A stretch of DNA of 64,000 bases from Bacteroidales bacterium. Lineage in GTDB: Bacteria; Bacteroidota; Bacteroidia; Bacteroidales; UBA7960. The stretch is from NCBI GenBank assembly GCA_007129255.1, contig SKVW01000018.1:261-64260 (forward strand). The letters run 5' to 3'. The notes beneath the pieces were generated by a model that was not told where the DNA came from, searched no databases, and worked only from the letters and a program-made list of their open reading frames with translations. Shown piece by piece: positions 45,289 through 54,365 of the stretch. Both the position numbers and the translations under genes were made by a program. The stretch's first letter is position 1, and each line of letters begins with the position of its first letter.

Positions 45289-47472
45289 ATGAAGAAGCTA
45301 TTCCCGCTATCCTTTGCAGTTTTATTCTTGTTCCCTTCAATTCTTGTCAGCCAGTCAAAGGAGATTACCCTTGAGCAGATCTGGCAGGAAATGTATTTTT
45401 CTCCTCAAACCATTACCCTGGGTAAATCCATGCAGGATGGATTGCGTTACTCCCTGGTTGAGAACAATACAGATATTAATGTTTATGAATATGAAACCGG
45501 TGAATTCCTGGAAACGGTTTTTTCCACAAAAGATCTTCTGACTGATGAAAACGGAGAAGCATTGGGTATTGATTATTATGCTTTCAGCCCGGATGAATCC
45601 ATGCTGATCATTGGAGTAAACCAGGAATCCATTTATCGGCGCTCAACCCGGGCCGAGCATTATATATATCATATCGGGGAAGAAGAACTGGATGCATTGT
45701 CAGGTGAGACCACCCAACGCCTGCCTGAATTTTCTCCTGACGGAAAAAAGATTGCCTTTGTCAGGGGAAACAATTTGTATATTACCAATGTGGAAACCCG
45801 TGAGGAGTATGCTGTTACCACCGATGGGGAGTACAACCACATTATCAATGGTACCACCGACTGGGTTTATGAGGAAGAATTTGCTTTTGTAAAAGGGTTT
45901 TACTGGTCGCCGGATGCATCCCGGATCGCCTTTTATCGCTTTGACGAAGAACACGTCAAAGAATTCAACATGCTTCTTTACGGTGAGCTTTATCCCGAGG
46001 AGTACCGGTTTAAATATCCCAAAGCCGGGGAAGAAAACTCATTGGTCACCATTCATATATATGACATGAATACCGGAGAAACCCTTGAGGTTGACATTGG
46101 GGAGGAGAAAGACCAGTATATACCAAGGATCCAATGGACCCGGGATCCTGAAAAACTTTCGATTCAAAGATTAAACCGTCACCAGAATCAGCTGGAAATT
46201 TTGCTTGCGGATGCCGCCACAGGCAATACCTCTTTGTTATATCTCGAAAATAACCTTTATTATATTGACATTACGGATGATCTTACCTTTCTGGAAGATG
46301 GAAAACATTTCATTATCAGCAGCGAGATGAGCGGATACAATCACCTTTATCTATATGATATGCAGGGCAGGCAGGTTCGGGCGCTTACTTCCGGGCCATG
46401 GGATGTGCAACGCTTTCTTGGTGTAAATGAAAACAGGGGCCTGGTGTATTATCTTTCTCATGAAGAGTCGCCTCTTACCAATAACCTGTATTCGGTGCGT
46501 TTGAGCGGGCGTCGCAAAACCAGGCTTACCCAGGGGGAGGGAACCCATAACCCCACCTTTAGTAAAGGGTTTCAGTTTTTTATCAACCGGTTTTCCACCA
46601 TTTCTTCACCTCCGATATTTAGTCTGCACAGTGCCAATGGCGAGAAAATAAGCATTCTTGAAGAAAATGAAGACCTGGTTTCCAAAACCAAAGCACATGG
46701 TTTTGTTGAGCCTGAGTTTTTTCAATTTACCACCAGTGATGATTTGGAATTGAACGCCTGGATGATCAAACCTGCAGATTTTGATCCCAGTAAAGAATAT
46801 CCGGTATTGATGTATGTTTATGGCGGGCCGGGTTCCCAGACGGTTGTTGAACGATGGAATGCTTTCAACGGGGTTTGGTTTCAAATGCTTGCACAAAATG
46901 ATTTTATTGTGGTATCCGTCGATAACCGCGGCACCGGCGCCAGGGGAGAGGAATTTAAAAAAATGACCTATCTCCAGCTGGGTAAATATGAAACCATTGA
47001 TCAGATTGAAGCGGCGAAATACCTTGGTTCTTTGGAGTATGTTGATGCCGGCCGCATTGGGATTTTCGGCTGGAGTTATGGGGGATACCTGACTTCTCTT
47101 TGCCTTGCCAAAGGCGCCGACTGGTTCAATGCGGCGATTGCTGTGGCACCGGTTACCCACTGGCGTTTTTACGACACCATATATACTGAGCGGTATATGC
47201 GCACCCCCCAGGAAAATCCCGATGGATATGATGACAATTCACCCATCAACCATGTGGATAAAATATGGGGGAATTATCTTTTGATCCATGGCTCGGCAGA
47301 TGATAACGTGCATTACCAGCACACCATGGAAATGGCCGATGCCCTTATTGAGGCAAATGTTGATTTTGAGCTGATGATCTATCCCAACCATGACCACAGC
47401 ATTTTTTCGCGCAATGCCAGGTTTCATCTTTACCGGCTCATGACAGACTTTTTAAAAAGAAGTCTTCAGTAA
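45289..47472 (+). CDS. Dipeptidyl-peptidase IV (S9B prolyl oligopeptidase family)
   Basis: A signal peptide, DWVYEEEF, the nucleophile elbow GWSYGGY, GSADDNVH, and the catalytic His in NHDHSI. Confidence 0.9.
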   Translation: MKKLFPLSFAVLFLFPSILVSQSKEITLEQIWQEMYFSPQTITLGKSMQDGLRYSLVENNTDINVYEYETGEFLETVFSTKDLLTDENGEALGIDYYAFSPDESMLIIGVNQESIYRRSTRAEHYIYHIGEEELDALSGETTQRLPEFSPDGKKIAFVRGNNLYITNVETREEYAVTTDGEYNHIINGTTDWVYEEEFAFVKGFYWSPDASRIAFYRFDEEHVKEFNMLLYGELYPEEYRFKYPKAGEENSLVTIHIYDMNTGETLEVDIGEEKDQYIPRIQWTRDPEKLSIQRLNRHQNQLEILLADAATGNTSLLYLENNLYYIDITDDLTFLEDGKHFIISSEMSGYNHLYLYDMQGRQVRALTSGPWDVQRFLGVNENRGLVYYLSHEESPLTNNLYSVRLSGRRKTRLTQGEGTHNPTFSKGFQFFINRFSTISSPPIFSLHSANGEKISILEENEDLVSKTKAHGFVEPEFFQFTTSDDLELNAWMIKPADFDPSKEYPVLMYVYGGPGSQTVVERWNAFNGVWFQMLAQNDFIVVSVDNRGTGARGEEFKKMTYLQLGKYETIDQIEAAKYLGSLEYVDAGRIGIFGWSYGGYLTSLCLAKGADWFNAAIAVAPVTHWRFYDTIYTERYMRTPQENPDGYDDNSPINHVDKIWGNYLLIHGSADDNVHYQHTMEMADALIEANVDFELMIYPNHDHSIFSRNARFHLYRLMTDFLKRSLQ

Positions 47473-47481
47473 ATCAAATTG

Positions 47482-47594
47482 ATGAAACGAGCCATGCCAA
47501 AGGGGTTGATAAACAGGAGAATGATTTTGTCATGGTAAGTGTCCCCTGCATGGGCGGGACAGGCATGTGACCTCCGTAATCAAATTATAAATAA
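47482..47594 (+). repeat. Dispersed noncoding repeat, copy C (~113 bp, shorter variant)
   Basis: It shares ATGAAAC...AGGAGAATGATTTT...GCATGGGCGGGACAGGCATGT...TAATCAAATTAT with copies A and B. It begins 10 nt after the DPP-IV stop codon and is followed by ATGAAAATT. Confidence 0.75.
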
Positions 47595-47623
47595 ATGAAA
47601 ATTAATTTTCAAGGGGTTTTAAT

Positions 47624-47654
47624 TTTGATAAATACAAAAATGTTTTTAACTTTG
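47624..47654 (+). promoter_or_regulatory. Bacteroidota sigma-A-type promoter candidate for rpsU
   Basis: TTTG (47624-47627), a 19-nt spacer, then TAACTTTG (47647-47654). It lies about 65 nt upstream of the rpsU ATG. Confidence 0.55.
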
Positions 47655-47720
47655 CATCCGCTTTTGGAAAAAGATAAGAATTATTGATATTCAAATTTTA
47701 AAGAAAAGAGGTAAGAAAAT

Positions 47721-47915
47721 ATGATCATTGTTCCAATAAAAGAAGGCGAAAACATTGACCGGGTTTTGAAAAAGATGAAAAGGAAGTTTGAGAAAACCGG
47801 TGTTCTCCGGGAATTGAGAGAGCGCCAGAAGTTCACAAAGCCCTCGGTTAAAAAGCGTGAAGAAAAGCTAAAAGCAATTTATATTCAACGTTTACAGAAT
47901 CAAGAGGACGCCTGA
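47721..47915 (+). CDS. rpsU: 30S ribosomal protein S21
   Basis: A 64-aa basic protein with IDRVLKKMKRKFEKTGVLRELRERQKFTKPS. Confidence 0.95.
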   Translation: MIIVPIKEGENIDRVLKKMKRKFEKTGVLRELRERQKFTKPSVKKREEKLKAIYIQRLQNQEDA

Positions 47916-47942
47916 TTTTACCACAAGGGGTTAGGAATTTTT

Positions 47943-48010
47943 AGGAAGAAATTTTTGCAGATGCTGATTTTTTAGCATAATTTTAAGCAAAGATTTCTTC
48001 CTTCTTTTTT
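47943..48010 (+). terminator. Possible structured terminator after rpsU
   Basis: AGGAAGAAAT (47943-47952) pairs with ATTTCTTCCT (47993-48002) and encloses an inner ATGCT/AGCAT hairpin. TCTTTTTT follows. Confidence 0.4.
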
Positions 48011-48026
48011 AGATAAGGTCGTTGAT

Positions 48027-48917
48027 ATGGGAGCCGAAACCGAAAGATTTCTTCAGTATCTTGCGCAGGAAAAACGTTACGCCAGCCATACCCTTATGGC
48101 TTATTCCAACGACTTAAAACAATTTTCCACTTACCTGAAGCAGCAATTCGATCTGGATGAGATGGAGCTAGCCCAAACCTTTATGATCCGCTCCTGGCTT
48201 GCCGGTCTGATGGCCGGTGGAATGGCCAGGACCTCCCTGAACAGGAAACTTTCTTCCGTAAAATCCTTTTTTCATTACTTGCAGAAAAAAGAAATTGTTC
48301 CACAAAACCCTACCCTGAAGGTCAGCAATATTAAAAAGAGCAGTCGATTGCCCGTGTTTGTTGAAGAAGAAAAGATGGATCAATTGCTTGACCAGGTGCC
48401 CTTTGAAAATGACTTTTCGGGACTGCGCGACCGGCTGATCATTGAGTTGCTTTACTTTACCGGTATGAGGCTTTCTGAGCTTATTGAGCTTAAACAGGAT
48501 GATTTCGACCTGTACAATAATAATGTAAAGATTACGGGTAAAAGAAACAAGCAACGCATTGTTCCTTTGCTGGATAAGGTCAGAAAAACTTTTCTGGATT
48601 ATACCCTGCAAAAAGAAAAACTTTTTGGACCATCAGGGGCTTCATATGTTTTTGTTACAGATAAAGGCAAAAAGTTGTATGCTAAATTTGTCTATCGGCG
48701 GGTAAATTTATACCTTAGCTATGTAACCACCAAAACCAAAAAAAGCCCGCATGTACTTCGGCATAGCTTTGCCACCCACATGCTAAATCACGGTGCCGAT
48801 CTTAACGCCATTAAAGAAATTCTTGGTCATGCCAATCTTTCGGCTACCCAGGTTTATACACACAATACCATTGAAAAAATTAAAAATATTTATAAACAAG
48901 CCCATCCAAAGGCATAA
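48027..48917 (+). CDS. XerC/XerD-family tyrosine recombinase
   Basis: An N-terminal SAM-like domain plus catalytic residues in GMRLSEL, HVLRHSFATHML and LGHANLSATQVYTH. It sits in the conserved rpsU-xer-hpf context. Confidence 0.88.
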   Translation: MGAETERFLQYLAQEKRYASHTLMAYSNDLKQFSTYLKQQFDLDEMELAQTFMIRSWLAGLMAGGMARTSLNRKLSSVKSFFHYLQKKEIVPQNPTLKVSNIKKSSRLPVFVEEEKMDQLLDQVPFENDFSGLRDRLIIELLYFTGMRLSELIELKQDDFDLYNNNVKITGKRNKQRIVPLLDKVRKTFLDYTLQKEKLFGPSGASYVFVTDKGKKLYAKFVYRRVNLYLSYVTTKTKKSPHVLRHSFATHMLNHGADLNAIKEILGHANLSATQVYTHNTIEKIKNIYKQAHPKA

Positions 48918-48933
48918 ATGTGGAGGATGAATT

Positions 48934-49233
48934 ATGAAAGTAACGATCAGCTCATTGCAATTTAAAGCCGATGTAAAACTGGAAGACTTCGTACGCGAAA
49001 AAGTAGGTAAACTATCCCAGCTATATGAGGGTGTTCTTGGATGTGATGTTGTATTACGACTTGATAGCGCTTCCAACAATGAAAACAAGATTGCAGAGAT
49101 CCGATTGTTGATTCCCGGAAATGATCTTTTTGCCAAAAAACAAGCCAGGAGTTTTGAGGAAGCAATAGATAATGCTGTTGATGCGGTCAGAAGGCAATTA
49201 AAAAAGCACAAAGAAAAAGTAAAAGGGATCTAG
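48934..49233 (+). CDS. hpf: Ribosome hibernation promoting factor / RaiA family (short form)
   Basis: A 99-aa protein with the sigma-54-modulation/S30EA pattern (FKADVKLEDFVREKVGKL...AIDNAVDAVRRQLKKHKEK). Confidence 0.85.
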   Translation: MKVTISSLQFKADVKLEDFVREKVGKLSQLYEGVLGCDVVLRLDSASNNENKIAEIRLLIPGNDLFAKKQARSFEEAIDNAVDAVRRQLKKHKEKVKGI

Positions 49234-49274
49234 CGTTAAGCCGTGGCCTTTAAAGAAAAAAAAACACATTATTT

Positions 49275-49305
49275 TTTGGTAGTTTTTAAATCTTTCGTAC
49301 ATTTG
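49275..49305 (+). promoter_or_regulatory. Promoter candidate for the tRNA-tuf operon
   Basis: TTTG (49275-49278), a 19-nt spacer, then TACATTTG (49298-49305). It lies about 78 nt upstream of the first tRNA. Confidence 0.5.
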
Positions 49306-49335
49306 CAGACCTTTTTATAAAGGTCTGCATTTTTG
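49304..49335 (+). terminator. Rho-independent terminator of hpf (overlaps the promoter -7 box)
   Basis: TGCAGACCTTT (49304-49314) pairs with AAAGGTCTGCA (49319-49329) around a 4-nt loop, followed by TTTTT. Confidence 0.7.
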
Positions 49336-49382
49336 TTGTCTTTGAGGTTGTTAAAGGCTGCAAAAAAACAGATTAAACATCA

Positions 49383-49456
49383 GCCGATGTAGCTCAGTTG
49401 GTCAGAGCAGCTGATTTGTAATCAGCTGGTCGGGGGTTCGAATCCCTCCATCGGCT
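49383..49456 (+). tRNA. tRNA-Thr (anticodon TGT)
   Basis: Manual cloverleaf: acceptor GCCGATG/CATCGGC, D arm GCTC..GAGC, anticodon stem GCTGA/TCAGC with loop TTTGTAA, T arm GGGGG-TTCGAAT-CCCTC. 74 nt. Confidence 0.93.
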
Positions 49457-49482
49457 CCCTGGATAAAAAGAAAAAAGCATTC

Positions 49483-49565
49483 GGGGGGGTTCCAGAGCGG
49501 TCAAATGGGGCAGACTGTAAATCTGTTGGCTTTCGCCTTCGGAGGTTCGAATCCTTCCCCCCCCA
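49483..49565 (+). tRNA. tRNA-Tyr (anticodon GTA), long variable arm
   Basis: Acceptor GGGGGGG/CCCCCCC, anticodon loop CTGTAAA, a long variable arm, T loop TTCGAAT. 83 nt. Confidence 0.92.
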
Positions 49566-49574
49566 CGTTGAAAA

Positions 49575-49647
49575 GCGGAAATAGCTCATCCGGTAGAGCG
49601 ACAGCCTTCCAAGCTGTAGGTGGCGGGTTCGAGTCCCGTTTTCCGCT
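49575..49647 (+). tRNA. tRNA-Gly (anticodon TCC)
   Basis: Acceptor GCGGAAA/TTTCCGC, anticodon stem ACAGC/GCTGT with loop CTTCCAA, T arm GCGGG-TTCGAGT-CCCGT. 73 nt. Confidence 0.93.
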
Positions 49648-49660
49648 CATAAAAAATTGT

Positions 49661-49732
49661 GCCGACGTAGCTCAGGGGTAGAGCGTTTCCTTGGTAAGGA
49701 AGAGGCCACGGGTTCAATTCCCGTCGTCGGCT
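49661..49732 (+). tRNA. tRNA-Thr (anticodon GGT)
   Basis: Acceptor GCCGACG/CGTCGGC, anticodon loop TTGGTAA, T arm ACGGG-TTCAATT-CCCGT. 72 nt. Confidence 0.93.
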
Positions 49733-49807
49733 CAAGTGTAAAGCAATAAATTTTTATAAACGAATTTTGTTGAATCCCTTTTTAAAACTTAAACACCCAG
49801 ATTAGAT

Positions 49808-50995
49808 ATGGCAAAAGAAAAATTTCAACGCACGAAGCCGCACGTGAACATAGGAACCATTGGTCACGTTGACCATGGTAAAACCACGCTCACCGCTGCG
49901 ATCACGCAAATTTTGGCAGGCAAGGGTTTGTCTGAAGTCAGAAGCTTTGATTCTATTGACAATGCTCCTGAAGAGAAAGAAAGAGGTATAACCATTAATA
50001 CCGCTCACGTTGAATATCAAACGGAAGCCAGGCACTATGCACACGTTGACTGCCCCGGACACGCAGACTACGTTAAAAACATGGTAACAGGTGCTGCCCA
50101 GATGGACGGTGCGATCCTGGTTGTTGCGGCTACCGACGGCCCCATGCCCCAAACACGCGAGCACATTCTTTTGGCCCGTCAGGTTGGTGTTCCCCAGTTG
50201 GTTGTTTTCATGAACAAGGTTGACCTTGTTGATGATGAGGAACTTCTTGAGCTGGTTGAAATGGAAATTCGCGAATTGCTCTCTTTCTACGATTTTGATG
50301 GAGACAATATTCCTGTTATCCAGGGATCTGCTTTAGGTGCCCTGAACAATGAACCCAAGTGGGTAGATAAGGTAGTTGAGCTGATGGAAGCTGCCGATAA
50401 CTTTATCCCGCTTCCTGAGCGCGATGTTGACAAGGATTTCCTGATGCCTGTTGAGGACGTATTCTCCATTACAGGACGTGGTACCGTTGCTACCGGAAGA
50501 ATTGAAACAGGCGTTATCAACTCGGGTGACCCGGTTGATATCATTGGTATGGGTGCAGAAAAACTGAAGTCTGTTGTTACCGGTGTTGAGATGTTCCGCA
50601 AGATCCTTGACCGTGGCGAAGCCGGTGACAACACTGGTCTGTTGCTCAGGGGTATTGACAAAGATGCCATTTCCCGTGGTATGGTAATTTGTAAGCCCGG
50701 CTCTGTGAAGCCGCACAAAAAATTCAAGGCCGAGGTTTATGTTCTGAAAAAAGAAGAAGGTGGCCGTCATACCCCCTTCCAGAACAAATACCGTCCCCAG
50801 TTCTTCTTCCGTACTACCGATGTAACTGGTGAGATTTACCTGCCCGAAGGTGTGGAAATGTGTATGCCTGGCGATAACCTCACCATTACCGTTGATCTGA
50901 TCACCGAAGTAGCCATGGATAAAGGATTGCGTTTTGCAATCCGTGAAGGTGGCCGTACCGTTGGTGCAGGACAGGTAACCGAAATTATTGAATAA
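49808..50995 (+). CDS. tuf: Elongation factor Tu
   Basis: Motifs [18 protein letters not shown] and NKVD; 395 aa. Confidence 0.98.
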   Translation: MAKEKFQRTKPHVNIGTIGHVDHGKTTLTAAITQILAGKGLSEVRSFDSIDNAPEEKERGITINTAHVEYQTEARHYAHVDCPGHADYVKNMVTGAAQMDGAILVVAATDGPMPQTREHILLARQVGVPQLVVFMNKVDLVDDEELLELVEMEIRELLSFYDFDGDNIPVIQGSALGALNNEPKWVDKVVELMEAADNFIPLPERDVDKDFLMPVEDVFSITGRGTVATGRIETGVINSGDPVDIIGMGAEKLKSVVTGVEMFRKILDRGEAGDNTGLLLRGIDKDAISRGMVICKPGSVKPHKKFKAEVYVLKKEEGGRHTPFQNKYRPQFFFRTTDVTGEIYLPEGVEMCMPGDNLTITVDLITEVAMDKGLRFAIREGGRTVGAGQVTEIIE

Positions 50996-51043
50996 ACGCT
51001 CATAAAAAACAAGCCCCGGCGGGTTTTTCCCGCCGCGGTCCAC

Positions 51044-51116
51044 ACGGGTGTAGCTCAATTGGTAGAGTAGCGGTCTCCAAAACCGTTGGTTGAGGGTTCG
51101 ATTCCTTCCACCCGTG
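51044..51116 (+). tRNA. tRNA-Trp (anticodon CCA)
   Basis: Acceptor ACGGGTG/CACCCGT (A1-U72, as in bacterial tRNA-Trp), anticodon loop CTCCAAA, T loop TTCGATT. 73 nt. It is preceded by a CGGCGGG-TTTTT-CCCGCCG hairpin at 51017-51035. Confidence 0.92.
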
Positions 51117-51140
51117 CAAATATTAGAATATTTTAAAATT

Positions 51141-51335
51141 ATGAAGAAAATCAGAGCCTATTTTAGCGAAACTTATGATGAGCTGATTCATAAAGTTTCG
51201 TGGCCCACATGGAGTGAACTGCAAAGTAGCGCAGTGGTCGTATCTATTGCTTCCCTTATAATCGCTTCGATCGTTTATTTGATGGATGCGTCCTTTAGCT
51301 CTATTCTACAGCAATTTTACCGTCTCTTTTTGTAA
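51141..51335 (+). CDS. secE: Preprotein translocase subunit SecE
   Basis: A 64-aa protein with one C-terminal TM helix and E..KV.WP motif (ELIHKVSWPTWSEL). It lies between tRNA-Trp and nusG. The longer TTG start at 51090 lies inside the tRNA. Confidence 0.9.
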   Translation: MKKIRAYFSETYDELIHKVSWPTWSELQSSAVVVSIASLIIASIVYLMDASFSSILQQFYRLFL

Positions 51336-51437
51336 TTATCCGGTTTGAAGGCTGCTGTCTGAATGTTCTAATATTTTAAATAATCTTCAATAATCAGATG
51401 CAAAAATCAAACGGGGTTTTAACTTCGTTACGTTAGT

Positions 51438-51980
51438 ATGAGCGAACAAGTAAAAAAATGGTATGTTGTCCGGGCGGTCAGTGGCAGTGAAAAGAAGGTC
51501 AAACAATACATTGACAATGAGATTGCCCGTCTTGGACTGGAGGAGTACGTTTCGCAAGTACTGATCCCGACAGAAAAGGTCTATCAAATTCGCAAAGGGA
51601 AAAAGGTAAGTGCCGAGCGCAATTATTTTCCCGGTTATGTTTTGATAGAAGCGGCTTTGGTGGGAGAGATTCCGCATATTATTCGGAATATTCCAGGGGT
51701 ACTGGGTTTTTTAGGCTCTGGTGGTGACCCCGTTCCCCTCCGTCCGGCAGAAGTGAACCGCATTCTTGGAAAAGTGGATGAACTTTCCGGAAAGGAAGAG
51801 GAATTAAATGTTCCGTTTATTGTAGGAGAAACCGTAAAAGTTACAGACGGTCCTTTTAACAGTTTTACAGGAGTAATCGAGGAGATCAATGAGGAGAAGA
51901 AAAAGTTGAAGGTGATGGTAAAGATCTTTGGTCGAAAAACTCCTTTGGAACTCAGCTTTATGCAGGTAGAAAAAGAATGA
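51438..51980 (+). CDS. nusG: Transcription termination/antitermination factor NusG
   Basis: An NGN domain (KWYVVRAVSGSEKKV) and a KOW motif (GETVKVTDGPFNSFTGVIEEI). Confidence 0.96.
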   Translation: MSEQVKKWYVVRAVSGSEKKVKQYIDNEIARLGLEEYVSQVLIPTEKVYQIRKGKKVSAERNYFPGYVLIEAALVGEIPHIIRNIPGVLGFLGSGGDPVPLRPAEVNRILGKVDELSGKEEELNVPFIVGETVKVTDGPFNSFTGVIEEINEEKKKLKVMVKIFGRKTPLELSFMQVEKE

Positions 51981-52048
51981 TCCAGGCAACTGGGTTATTT
52001 ACCTGCAGATGTGACTCGATCCCCTTTATTTGAAAAAAAAATCTAAAA

Positions 52049-52486
52049 ATGGCAAAAGAAGTTAGTGGAATCATTAAGCTGCAAATTAGAGGAGGCGCTG
52101 CAAACCCCTCTCCGCCCGTAGGCCCTGCATTAGGTGCCAAAGGTGTGAATATCATGGAGTTTTGCAAGCAATTCAATGCACGAACACAGGAGAAAGCCGG
52201 AAAGGTTATCCCGGTGATTATCACTGTTTTCAAGGATAAATCCTTTAATTTTATAGTAAAGACCCCTCCTGTTGCAGTGCAACTGCGTGAGGTAGCCAAA
52301 ATTAAATCCGGTTCAGCCGAACCAAACAGAGCCAAAGTAGCCACTATTACATGGGATCAGGTAAAAGGTATTGCCGAAAGCAAAATGCCTGACCTAAACT
52401 GCTTTACCGTGGAGTCAGCCATGCAATTGGTTGCCGGCACGGCACGCAGTATGGGCATCAGGATCAGGGGCGCAAAGCCTTTTTAA
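52049..52486 (+). CDS. rplK: 50S ribosomal protein L11
   Basis: Pattern [32 protein letters not shown]. Confidence 0.97.
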   Translation: MAKEVSGIIKLQIRGGAANPSPPVGPALGAKGVNIMEFCKQFNARTQEKAGKVIPVIITVFKDKSFNFIVKTPPVAVQLREVAKIKSGSAEPNRAKVATITWDQVKGIAESKMPDLNCFTVESAMQLVAGTARSMGIRIRGAKPF

Positions 52487-52543
52487 GCCTGTTGGCATTA
52501 TCCTGTTGTTATTCATTAACTTAAAGCTTAACGGAATCTGAAA

Positions 52544-53239
52544 ATGGCGAAATTAACGAAAAACCAAAAAGAAGCTTTAGCTAAGTTTGATAAGAAAGCG
52601 GTTTACTCTTTGTCTGATGCGGCTGAAATTGTTAAAAAAATCAACTATACCAAATTTGATTCTTCAGTAGATCTGGATATCAGATTGGGCGTTGACCCCC
52701 GCAAAGCCAATCAAATGGTCAGAGGGGTGGTTGCCTTGCCGCACGGTACAGGAAAAACCGTAAGGGTATTGGTGCTTTGCACACCCGACAAGGAAGACGA
52801 AGCTAAAGAAGCCGGAGCTGATTACGTTGGCCTGGACGAATATGTTGAGAAAATCAAAGGAGGTTGGACCGATGTGGATGTGGTAATTACTACTCCCAAC
52901 GTGATGCCTAAAGTAGGTGCCTTAGGACGTGTCCTGGGACCCAGGGGTCTGATGCCCAACCCCAAAGCCGGCACAGTGACTATGGAAATCGGCAAAGCCG
53001 TCCAGGATGTCAAAGCTGGTAAAATTGATTTTAAGGTCGATAAATTTGGAATTGTTCACGCTTCCATCGGAAAAGTTTCTTTCGATAAGGAAAAGATTTT
53101 GGACAATGCCAAAGAACTTATCCAGACCATCATCAGGTTAAAGCCTGCTGCGGCAAAAGGTACTTACATAAAAAGTATTTATATGTCAAGTACCATGAGC
53201 CCGGGAATTCAGGTGGAAACCAAATCAGTAAAAGTATAA
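52544..53239 (+). CDS. rplA: 50S ribosomal protein L1
   Basis: [14 protein letters not shown] and the [15 protein letters not shown] motif. Confidence 0.97.
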   Translation: MAKLTKNQKEALAKFDKKAVYSLSDAAEIVKKINYTKFDSSVDLDIRLGVDPRKANQMVRGVVALPHGTGKTVRVLVLCTPDKEDEAKEAGADYVGLDEYVEKIKGGWTDVDVVITTPNVMPKVGALGRVLGPRGLMPNPKAGTVTMEIGKAVQDVKAGKIDFKVDKFGIVHASIGKVSFDKEKILDNAKELIQTIIRLKPAAAKGTYIKSIYMSSTMSPGIQVETKSVKV

Positions 53240-53279
53240 ACGAAAGGTGACCCGCTCACCTTAAAGATGTTGACACGAT

Positions 53280-53801
53280 ATGAAAAAAGAAGAAAAATAT
53301 CGGGTAATAGAGTCGCTTACCGAGCAATTAAAAAGTAACGACATCTTTTACCTGGCTGATACTTCTGAACTGGACGTTGAAACCATCAATAACCTCAGAA
53401 GGCTTTGTTTCAAGCGCAATGTTTCTTTGCAGGTAGTAAAGAACACCTTGCTGAAAAAAGCCATGGAAAATAGCGAAAAAGACCTTTCTCCGTTGTATGA
53501 GGTACTGAAAGGTGCTACTTCCATTATGTTTTCTGACACCGGGAATGTACCGGCCAGGCTGATCAAGGAGTTTCGCAAGAAAAACCCCAAGCCTCTCCTC
53601 AAAGGTGCATTCATTCAAGAAGATCATTACATTGGCGATGAGCAGTTAGACGCATTGACCAGGCTCAAATCCAAAGAGGAACTTCTTGGCGATCTTATCG
53701 GATTGCTTCAATCTCCTGCTCAAAATGTTATTTCTGCCCTTCAATCCGGCGGAGATACCATTGCAGGAGTAGTGAAAACCCTTTCTGAAAAAGAAAGTTA
53801 A
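53280..53801 (+). CDS. rplJ: 50S ribosomal protein L10
   Basis: It is 173 aa, lies between rplA and rplL, and has an L10-like N-terminal pattern (LR....R.N.V.LQVVKNTLLKKA). Confidence 0.92.
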   Translation: MKKEEKYRVIESLTEQLKSNDIFYLADTSELDVETINNLRRLCFKRNVSLQVVKNTLLKKAMENSEKDLSPLYEVLKGATSIMFSDTGNVPARLIKEFRKKNPKPLLKGAFIQEDHYIGDEQLDALTRLKSKEELLGDLIGLLQSPAQNVISALQSGGDTIAGVVKTLSEKES

Positions 53802-53857
53802 TTTTTTACCCTTAATTTTTTTCGAAAAGTAAAACCAATTTAAAACAGATATCAAAA

Positions 53858-54238
53858 ATGGCAGATTTAAAAGATTTTGCAGAACAGTTAGTTAATCTTA
53901 CGGTTAAAGAGGTTAATGAATTGGCCCAAATTTTAAAGGACGAATATGGCATTGAACCCGCAGCAGCTGCTCCTGTGGCCGTTGCAGCCGGCGGTGGTGA
54001 AGCCGGTGGCGAAGAGGCAGAAGAAAAAACGTTGTTTGACGTAGTGTTGAAAGCTGCAGGACCCTCTAAACTTGCAGTGGTTAAGCTCGTTAAAGAACTT
54101 ACCAGCCTCGGACTTAAAGAGTCCAAAGAACTGGTTGACTCAGCACCAAAAGCCATTAAAGAACAAGTTACAAAAGACGAAGCCGAATCCCTTAAAAAGC
54201 AGCTGGATGAGGCAGGAGCAGAGGTTGAAATTAAATAA
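53858..54238 (+). CDS. rplL: 50S ribosomal protein L7/L12
   Basis: An Ala/Gly/Glu-rich hinge and a C-terminal domain ([43 protein letters not shown]). Confidence 0.97.
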   Translation: MADLKDFAEQLVNLTVKEVNELAQILKDEYGIEPAAAAPVAVAAGGGEAGGEEAEEKTLFDVVLKAAGPSKLAVVKLVKELTSLGLKESKELVDSAPKAIKEQVTKDEAESLKKQLDEAGAEVEIK

Positions 54239-54246
54239 ACCTGTCT

Positions 54247-54330
54247 GCAATAAAATCAGGATTAGACTTCTGCCGAATTGAAAAATTCGCTGTAGAAGTC
54301 TAATCTTTATTGCTGTTTATTTGTTTCTTT
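54247..54330 (+). terminator. rplL-rpoB intergenic attenuator/terminator hairpin
   Basis: A three-segment helix: GCAATAAA/TTTATTGC, ATTAGACTTCT/AGAAGTCTAAT, and CGAATT/AATTCG capped by a GAAA tetraloop. A T-rich tract follows. Confidence 0.65.
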
Positions 54331-54365
54331 AATTTAGTATTTAACTAACAACAAAATTTCAAACC

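Noticed and set aside
53244-53262. 7-bp hairpin AAGGTGA-CCCGC-TCACCTT in the 40-nt rplA-rplJ spacer, considered as an L10 leader or terminator.
   Set aside because: It is too small to resemble known L10(L12)4-binding leaders and lacks a U-run. It may be a minor stability element, but that cannot be supported from the sequence alone.
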